A stretch of 64,000 bases of DNA, taken from positions 64,001-128,000 of the IMG/VR virus record IMGVR_UViG_3300032268_000973. One strand, 5' to 3'. The position numbers and the translations under genes were made by a program. The stretch's first letter is position 1, and every line of letters starts with the position of its first letter. This document shows positions 57,430 through 64,000 of the stretch, in pieces. The notes beneath the pieces were generated by a model. It was not told the DNA's origin and made no database searches. It saw only the letters and a program-made list of their open reading frames with translations. The stretch comes from a virus.

Positions 57430-60400
57430 ATGGAAGTTCAATGTACGATAAATAATATAACAGGACAGACCCCCTACGACATATATGTTTGTCAAACGGA
57501 TGGTAGTGGTTGTTTTTATATTTCAACTATAAATAACTCATCTTTCCCTTATGTGTTTAACATACCAGCACCATACAACACTTCACCAAATTATATGATC
57601 AAGGCAATTGACGCCAATAACTGTATTATATCAGGAAGTAGCGCTGTTCAATTCTTTCCAACTCCTACACCAACCCCTTGGGACTTCTGTTACGAACTTG
57701 ATGGAGGATTCAACAATCAAGCGGAGGCTGCGGTTGAAGATTCGAGTGGAAGAATTATTTTTGGTGGTATTTTTACAACTTATAGTGGGCAATCATTCAA
57801 TCGAATTGTTCGTGTCAATAGTAATGGCAGTATTGATAACACGTTCACTATTGGAACTGGATTCGATAATGACGTTTATGCAGTTGAATTACAACCTGAT
57901 GGAAAAATTCTTGTTGGAGGTATATTCTCATCTTATAGTGGAGTTTCTGCGAATAAAATCATACGACTTAATTCTGACGGAACTGTGGATAATACATTTT
58001 CTAGTGGTTCTGGTTTTAATTTTTCAGTATGGTCTTTTGCAGTACAACCTGACGGGAAAATAGTTGTGGGTGGAGGATTTACTACTTACAGTGGGCAATC
58101 GGCTAATTCGATTATCAGATTAAACAGTGATGGCTCGATTGATAACTCATTTAGTATTGGTTCAGGATTGAATAACATTGCATACGATATTATTGAACAA
58201 ACGGACGGTAAAAAGTTAGTTCTTGGTTCATTTACGTCTTACAGTGGACAAACACATAATAGAATTCTTAGATTGAATAACGACGGGACCGTTGACAATA
58301 CCCTGAACGTTGGGACTGGATTCAATAGTGAGGTGTATTCATGTGTATTGGAAGATGATGGAAAAATGGTAATTGTAGGACTTTTCGACCAATTTAGTGG
58401 ACAAACTTACCGTCAAATTGTAAAATTGAATGCTGATGGATCGATTGATAATACATTTAATGTTGGAACTGGATTCCAAAGGTCTGTTGGATTATGTTTT
58501 GCTTTGAGTGTCTTCAAGTATGACACAAAATATTTTATTACAGGTGATTTTGATTTTTATAATGGAAATAGTGCAAATGGACTGATACAGCTCAATAGTG
58601 ATGGAAGTAAGGATACCTCATTCAATTACGGAACAGGATTATTATTTAGTGGTACTTCTTTCAATACAGGATTACTTCTCTCAAGCGGAGTTCACATAGT
58701 CTATGGCCAATTTACTCAATATAATGGATATGAAGTGAATGATGTGGCTTATTTGAATCCATTTGGTACTTTATTGAATTGTCCTCAATTGACACCAACA
58801 CCTACTGCAACGCCAACATTGACCCCAACAAATACACCAACAACTACAAGAACCCCAACAAATACACCAACAACCACTTCAACTCCAACAAATACACCAA
58901 CAACCACTTCAACTCCAACAACTACACCAACAACTACAACAACTCCAACTAATACTTCAACAATTAATATTACACCTACTGCGACGCCAACAAATACAAC
59001 AACAACTACAACAACTCCAACGCCATCCCCTACGTATGGTGGACTCACACCATTTGTTTCAGTTTGGAATACTTCGAATACTAGTGTAGGGTCGAGTGCT
59101 TCAAATCAGATTGCATTACCGCTTCAATCAAGCGGAGCTTATAATTTTGTTGTAAATTGGGGTGATAGTAACACCAACACAATCACGTCTTGGAACCAAC
59201 CTGAAGTGACTCATACTTACGCAAGTCCTGGCCAATATACAATTACAATTAGTGGAACTTGCGAAGACTTCGGATTTGGAGGAGGAGGTGATAGGAATAA
59301 ACTTCTGACTATTATATCTTTCGGGAATGTGGTTTTAGGTGATATTACAACACAATTCTCCAACTGTTTTAATTTAACTTTGACTGGAGTCACTGATACT
59401 CCTGATTTATCATCTATGACTACATTAGCGCAAATGTTCTATGGATGTAGTGGGTTGACTACAATTAACAATATAAATTTGTGGGATGTAAGTAACATAA
59501 CTAACATGCTGAGCATGTTTCAAGGGGCAACTAATTTTAACGATGATATAAGTTCTTGGGATGTTTCAAACGTGACTAATACGTCTTACATGTTCTCAGC
59601 GGCACAAGATTTCAATCAGGATATTGGTAGTTGGGATGTTTCTAATGTTACAAATATGGGTGGTATGTTCCAATTTGCAAGTAGTTTCAATCAAGATTTG
59701 AACACTTGGAACGTATCAAGTGCTACAACTTTTTCCTATATGTTCCAAGGAGCAACAGCATTTGATAGCAACATTAGTTCTTGGAATGTTTCGAACGCCA
59801 CAACTATGGTTCAAATGTTCGATCAAGCAACTTCATTCAACCAAAGTATAAGTGGATGGAATGTATCTAACGTCACAACCATGATTGGTATGTTTGGTTC
59901 TGCATCATCATTCAACCAAAATATTGATTCTTGGAATGTTTCTAACGTTACGAACATGGCGTCTATGTTCACTAATGCGGATAGTTTCAATCAGAGTTTG
60001 AATAGTTGGAATGTTTCTAATGTTACGAACATGGCGGGAATGTTTAGTTTGGCTAATGTATTCAATGGAGACATAACATCTTGGAATGTTTCAGGGGTGA
60101 CCAATATGGGCCAAATGTTTCTATCTGCAGTTAGTTTTAACCGAAATATTGGTAGTTGGAACGTTTCAAATGTAACAAATATGGGTCAAATGTTTGCTTC
60201 AGCGTCAATCTTCAATCAGGATATTAGTTCTTGGGATGTTTCGAGTGTAACAGATATGGGATCGATGTTTAATAGCGCTTTAGCATTTAACCAAAATATT
60301 GATACATGGGATGTTTCGAGTGTAACAGATATGTTCTTCATGTTTTCTAATGCAAATAGTTTTAATCAAAATCTTAATAGTTGGAACGTTTCAAATGTAA

Positions 60401-60987
60401 CTACAATGGAGTTAATGTTCTATGGTGCGGACAATTTTAATGGAAATGTCAGTAATTGGAATGTATCAGGAGTAACAAGCATGGCAGGAATGTTTTGGGA
60501 CGCGACTACATTTAATCAAAATATTGGTGGTTGGGATGTTTCAAATGTCACCGATATGAGTAGAATGTTCCGAAGTGCGGCGGCATTCAATCAAAACATC
60601 AGTGGATGGGATGTATCTAGTGTCACTAACATGCTAGAAATGTTCTATTTAGCCGCAAACTTCAATCAAAACATTGGTGGATGGGATGTTTCGAGTGTAA
60701 CAGATATGGAGGGAATGTTCAATAGTGCAAGTATTTTCGATCAAAATATCGGAAGCTGGGATATTTCTAATGTGACTAATTTTGTAGATTTCATGAACAA
60801 TAAAACATTTACGAATTATAGTTCAACTAACCTTAATGCTATTTATAATGGATGGAGTTTGTTGACCCTACAACCTAATATAGTGATTGATTTCAATACA
60901 ATAAAATACACTGCGGCTGGACAATCAGGAAGAAACATTTTGACAGGAGCCCCAAACAATTGGTCAATTACTGACGGAGGTATATAA
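57430..60987 (+). CDS. Putative receptor-binding protein: shared N-module, delta-60-type propeller, PT linker, DUF285/BspA-like solenoid
   Basis: Seven ~51-aa repeats (Q.DGK...GG.F..Y.G...N.I.RLN.DGS.D..F..G), a TPTNT linker and 25-aa WDVSNVTNM..MF..A..FNQ.I repeats. Confidence 0.8.
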   Translation: MEVQCTINNITGQTPYDIYVCQTDGSGCFYISTINNSSFPYVFNIPAPYNTSPNYMIKAIDANNCIISGSSAVQFFPTPTPTPWDFCYELDGGFNNQAEAAVEDSSGRIIFGGIFTTYSGQSFNRIVRVNSNGSIDNTFTIGTGFDNDVYAVELQPDGKILVGGIFSSYSGVSANKIIRLNSDGTVDNTFSSGSGFNFSVWSFAVQPDGKIVVGGGFTTYSGQSANSIIRLNSDGSIDNSFSIGSGLNNIAYDIIEQTDGKKLVLGSFTSYSGQTHNRILRLNNDGTVDNTLNVGTGFNSEVYSCVLEDDGKMVIVGLFDQFSGQTYRQIVKLNADGSIDNTFNVGTGFQRSVGLCFALSVFKYDTKYFITGDFDFYNGNSANGLIQLNSDGSKDTSFNYGTGLLFSGTSFNTGLLLSSGVHIVYGQFTQYNGYEVNDVAYLNPFGTLLNCPQLTPTPTATPTLTPTNTPTTTRTPTNTPTTTSTPTNTPTTTSTPTTTPTTTTTPTNTSTINITPTATPTNTTTTTTTPTPSPTYGGLTPFVSVWNTSNTSVGSSASNQIALPLQSSGAYNFVVNWGDSNTNTITSWNQPEVTHTYASPGQYTITISGTCEDFGFGGGGDRNKLLTIISFGNVVLGDITTQFSNCFNLTLTGVTDTPDLSSMTTLAQMFYGCSGLTTINNINLWDVSNITNMLSMFQGATNFNDDISSWDVSNVTNTSYMFSAAQDFNQDIGSWDVSNVTNMGGMFQFASSFNQDLNTWNVSSATTFSYMFQGATAFDSNISSWNVSNATTMVQMFDQATSFNQSISGWNVSNVTTMIGMFGSASSFNQNIDSWNVSNVTNMASMFTNADSFNQSLNSWNVSNVTNMAGMFSLANVFNGDITSWNVSGVTNMGQMFLSAVSFNRNIGSWNVSNVTNMGQMFASASIFNQDISSWDVSSVTDMGSMFNSALAFNQNIDTWDVSSVTDMFFMFSNANSFNQNLNSWNVSNVTTMELMFYGADNFNGNVSNWNVSGVTSMAGMFWDATTFNQNIGGWDVSNVTDMSRMFRSAAAFNQNISGWDVSSVTNMLEMFYLAANFNQNIGGWDVSSVTDMEGMFNSASIFDQNIGSWDISNVTNFVDFMNNKTFTNYSSTNLNAIYNGWSLLTLQPNIVIDFNTIKYTAAGQSGRNILTGAPNNWSITDGGI
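57703..58780 (+). repeat. Seven delta-60-type repeats (probable 7-bladed beta-propeller)
   Basis: GGFNN/TGFDN/SGFNF/SGLNN/TGFNS/TGFQR/TGLLF starts, about 51 aa apart. End coordinate approximate. Confidence 0.75.
59482..60756 (+). repeat. 17 exact 75-nt (25-aa) DUF285-like repeats plus a partial 18th
   Basis: Trp codons at 59482 and 60757 are 1275 nt (17 x 75) apart. Confidence 0.9.
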
Positions 60988-60998
60988 ATAAAAAAATT

Positions 60999-61646
60999 AT
61001 GAGTCGACAAGTAACAATAACTTCAGTAACCGCAAACACCCCAGTTGATGTATATTACTGTAATGCATTTAGTGCGAGTTGTGTGTCTGTTGGAACGGTT
61101 TCAACTTTTCCTTTCACCTTTACGGTTCCCTCACCTAATGATGAGACAAACATCGTTATCAAAATTGAGGACAACAATGGTTGTATTGATGGAGAAGTAA
61201 TTTATATAACACCGACACCAACATCTACAGTTACTCCGACAGTAACTAAGACTCCCACAAACACCCCTACAATAACTAAGACTCCTACAAATACTCCAAC
61301 ACTTTCACCTACAAATACTCTAAGTCCAACTACAACCCCAACGTTCACTCCTACACCATCTACTACACCAAACTTTGGATTACATTTGGTTGGTCAAAAC
61401 ACATTTCCTACTTCTGCAAATACTTGTAGTGATACTTTTACATCGGTAAATTATTATACGTATATAAGTCAGGCAAATACTGTTCCTGTAGTCGGCGCAG
61501 TGATTTATCAGACAGCTTTCGGAGGATCTTTATATAATCCATACAATGGTAATAATAGATTCACCAAGTTTACTTTCGGAGGTAATAATTACGCGGTTCA
61601 GGTGGATACTAGTGGGATGATAACAAGTTTTGTTGCGTGTCCATAA
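60999..61646 (+). CDS. Putative virion protein: shared N-module, PT linker, small C-terminal domain
   Basis: MSRQVTITSVTANTP...IKIEDNNGC followed by a TPT-rich stretch. Confidence 0.7.
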   Translation: MSRQVTITSVTANTPVDVYYCNAFSASCVSVGTVSTFPFTFTVPSPNDETNIVIKIEDNNGCIDGEVIYITPTPTSTVTPTVTKTPTNTPTITKTPTNTPTLSPTNTLSPTTTPTFTPTPSTTPNFGLHLVGQNTFPTSANTCSDTFTSVNYYTYISQANTVPVVGAVIYQTAFGGSLYNPYNGNNRFTKFTFGGNNYAVQVDTSGMITSFVACP

Positions 61647-61709
61647 ACTTCACAAATGTATACAAAATATTGTGAGTTCTTATAATTATAAGATATAATA
61701 AATTATTAG

Positions 61710-64000
61710 ATGTGTACTTGTTTTTACATTGAAGTCCCATTTGAATTGTCCACCAGTGGAGGGCAACAATTGTATGTTGTGTATACAGATTGTAACGGAG
61801 TTACTCAAAATACAAATACCGCGACTCTCCCAACAATAAATATTTCAGGAGGATTTGCATTCTATGTTTGTTCATTTTTATCTAATGCTCCGACTTTCAA
61901 ATATGGCTTTTTCGGTGATATCGAAGTAATTGGTGGTATTACAGTTACAGACACTGGAAACAGTTGTATTGATGATTCGAGTTGTTATCCCTCAGTCACA
62001 CCAAGTCAAACTGCAACACCAACCAACACTCCAACAAATACACCAACCCAAACCGCGACTGTAACTCCAACAAGCACACCGAGACCTACTCCAACAATTA
62101 CCTCGTCTCCAACGGTAACACCAACTCAGACAAGAACTCCGAATGCAACTCCGTCTCCCACACCAATTTTGTGTGGACAAGCTTTCACTTCGGTAAACCC
62201 TGGTAGCACTTATTTCTATACCGATTGTTGCGGAAATTTCCAACAAGGGACAGAGAGTGGTTTATCCATAACAATGGATTATACCAAGCCATCGAATGGG
62301 GTTGTGAAGTTGAACGTGACGGCTTCGGTCAGTTGTCCAACACCAACACCAACCAAGACTCCAACTCAAACACCAACTGTAACAACCACACCTACAGTAA
62401 CACCAACCAATACAACCACACCTACCTTAACGAGAACACCAAGTCCGACTCCAACTAATAGCCAAGTTTTTTCCTTAAGAAACAATTGTGAAACTTTCAC
62501 TCTATTTGATATGGGAGTTTCCTGTTTACCAATAGTATATCCTAACTCATCGAGTTCTTTGGATGGAATATTATCATTAAGAATTACAGGAGGAACAAGT
62601 CCATATTCAATTTATTGGGCAGGTGGACAAAGGACACAAACATTGGTTGGAATACCACAAGGTAACTATGAAGTCACCGTTGTTGATTATTATGGTGACT
62701 ATACCGCATCTACAATTTGTAGTCTATTCCCTCCAACACAAACAATCACACCTTCACCAACAGCAACTCCTACAGTTACACCATCTGGTGTTTGTCCTCA
62801 GTTGTGTCTAATAGCTATAAGTGATTCTACATCATACGGACCACTTCAATTCAATTGCAACGGAATGAGAAATGGAAGAACTACTTGGAGAACGTCAAAT
62901 GGTCAGTATAACATCGTATGGAATCCTGCATCTGTAAGATGGGAGGTCACAGGATCGGATCCAACTGTATTGTTTAATCCAGTTGGAGGTGGAATATTTG
63001 CTAGCACGTCTACATCAATGGTTCCACTTTCAGCGTGGGGTATCATTGGTGGAGTGAATACATATAAGTTAACGATGACTCAAGGAACTTGTCCTCCTGT
63101 TATCCCTGTACAAGTAAGTTTGACAGTTGATAATAGTTCTTGTAATACTGTATCTAGTTGTGATGGATCTATTACGGTTAACGCCACATACGGATATCCA
63201 CCATATCTGTTCTCGATAAACAATGGATCGACTTACCAATCAACCAATACTTTTGAAGATCTATGTTCAGGTTCTTACAATGTTCTTGTGGTAGATTCGG
63301 CTGGTAATTCTCAAATAGTTGGAACAACAGTTGGATTTGATTTCCAACCTACAACTTATCAATTGTCATTGAGTGCTAACACCTCAGCGGCACAAACTAC
63401 AAGTTTGAGTAACTACAACTCGAGCACAACTTATTATCAAGTGGTAAGTAATCCACCTTTGCCTGTTGGACTGACTATTGGATTCAATCTTACACTTTCA
63501 TCAATTAAAACTTTCAATGGCCCTGGTACAGGAACTATAACTGACACATTCTCTATCACACAGAATGGCTTAACTAAGACACCTGTGTCTTCTCAAGTAT
63601 CTACACAAACTGGTGGAAGACCAAATTGTAGCCCTGAAACTTATTCAGCAGTAACTGAGGCTGATACATACAGTTTACAGATTGGAAATGGATCACCAGT
63701 GTTGATTACAAACACGTCGGTATTGAGTATTACAAATGGAGCGGCAGGTGCCCAAAGTAACTGTTTGACAAATCTTACACAACAAATATTTGCACAGATT
63801 ACTCAAGCATCTGTTAACGGATGTGCTTGTTGCACTGTGGTTGCGGATGCCACATCCAATACAATCAACAATAATAGTGTGACATATAACGCGACTGGTA
63901 ACGCACCGTCCAAACCTCTTAATGGAACTGCTAATGTTCTTTGTGGGTTTAATGACATCAATACTGTGTTGATCAACAATATTGTTGGTGGTTCAGGTCA
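61710..64000 (+). CDS. Cys-rich PT-repeat protein with SprB-like units (3'-truncated; not in ORF track)
   Basis: ATG at 61710 (MCTCFYIEVP...). I read the frame open with no stop to the window end. Contains PT linkers and ITGGTSPYSIYW / GYPPYLFSIN...LCSGSYNV.V.DSAG units. Confidence 0.8.
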   Translation, partial: MCTCFYIEVPFELSTSGGQQLYVVYTDCNGVTQNTNTATLPTINISGGFAFYVCSFLSNAPTFKYGFFGDIEVIGGITVTDTGNSCIDDSSCYPSVTPSQTATPTNTPTNTPTQTATVTPTSTPRPTPTITSSPTVTPTQTRTPNATPSPTPILCGQAFTSVNPGSTYFYTDCCGNFQQGTESGLSITMDYTKPSNGVVKLNVTASVSCPTPTPTKTPTQTPTVTTTPTVTPTNTTTPTLTRTPSPTPTNSQVFSLRNNCETFTLFDMGVSCLPIVYPNSSSSLDGILSLRITGGTSPYSIYWAGGQRTQTLVGIPQGNYEVTVVDYYGDYTASTICSLFPPTQTITPSPTATPTVTPSGVCPQLCLIAISDSTSYGPLQFNCNGMRNGRTTWRTSNGQYNIVWNPASVRWEVTGSDPTVLFNPVGGGIFASTSTSMVPLSAWGIIGGVNTYKLTMTQGTCPPVIPVQVSLTVDNSSCNTVSSCDGSITVNATYGYPPYLFSINNGSTYQSTNTFEDLCSGSYNVLVVDSAGNSQIVGTTVGFDFQPTTYQLSLSANTSAAQTTSLSNYNSSTTYYQVVSNPPLPVGLTIGFNLTLSSIKTFNGPGTGTITDTFSITQNGLTKTPVSSQVSTQTGGRPNCSPETYSAVTEADTYSLQIGNGSPVLITNTSVLSITNGAAGAQSNCLTNLTQQIFAQITQASVNGCACCTVVADATSNTINNNSVTYNATGNAPSKPLNGTANVLCGFNDINTVLINNIVGGSG

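Noticed and set aside
59482-60756. CRISPR array or DGR template/variable repeat
   Set aside because: The 75-nt period is in-frame coding with synonymous variation. There are no identical repeats with unique spacers, no adenine-specific mismatch pair was noticed, and no reverse transcriptase is in the window.
60983-60990. T4-type late promoter TATAAATA before ORF 60999
   Set aside because: It overlaps the upstream stop codon in AT-rich sequence and is a single plus-strand instance.
6611-61709. tRNA or structured ncRNA in intergenic gaps
   Set aside because: The gaps are short and extremely AT-rich or filled by small ORFs. No cloverleaf or GC-rich stem was seen by eye; tRNAscan/Infernal was not run.
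54996-62811. Small ORFs within PT-rich genes (e.g. 55003-55209, 58785-59048, 61982-62206, 62225-62458, 62623-62811)
   Set aside because: Out-of-frame or antisense shadows of ORFs 54214, 57430 and the long open frame starting at 61710.
1-64000. Stop-codon reassignment as in some large phages
   Set aside because: Genes are full-length under the standard code, and TAA, TGA and TAG all end ORFs at sensible positions, many with stop-start overlaps.

Overview
AT-rich, very gene-dense DNA with many ATGA/TAATG stop-start overlaps. It most likely comes from a large tailed phage; the host is plausibly Bacteroidota, inferred from SprB-like, delta-60 and DUF285-like repeats and the lack of obvious Shine-Dalgarno sites. 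No capsid, terminase or polymerase gene is present, so phage identity is inferred. Layout: (1) 1-6944, virion-type genes, including a 1524-aa fibre with about 336 Gly-X-Y (mostly Gly-Thr-Ser) triplets and a C-terminal S74 self-cleaving chaperone. (2) 7025-53881, a ~47 kb tailoring-enzyme island: GT2-like, GT7 (with an inserted LamG-like domain), GT9 and GT10-like transferases, a 1914-aa seven-module glyco-enzyme, NDP-sugar enzymes, minimal TPP-dependent E1 alpha/beta subunits, 6 radical SAM enzymes, 9 SGNH-like proteins, 5 Fe/2OG oxygenases, a carbamoyltransferase, SET, GNAT and FkbM proteins. (3) 54214-64000, Pro/Thr-rich mucin-like, Cys-rich virion-type proteins. The most striking single gene is 38890-41625: an apparently circularly permuted ATP-grasp domain followed by four tandem intein-like (Hint) domains separated only by dipeptides (HN-SP-C, HN-RA-C, HN-KA-C, HN-K-stop), with the first Hint lacking its N-terminal catalytic residues. 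At system level the window reads as a phage-encoded machinery for glycosylating and decorating Ser/Thr-rich virion proteins. All family calls come from motifs recognised by eye; no database search was run.
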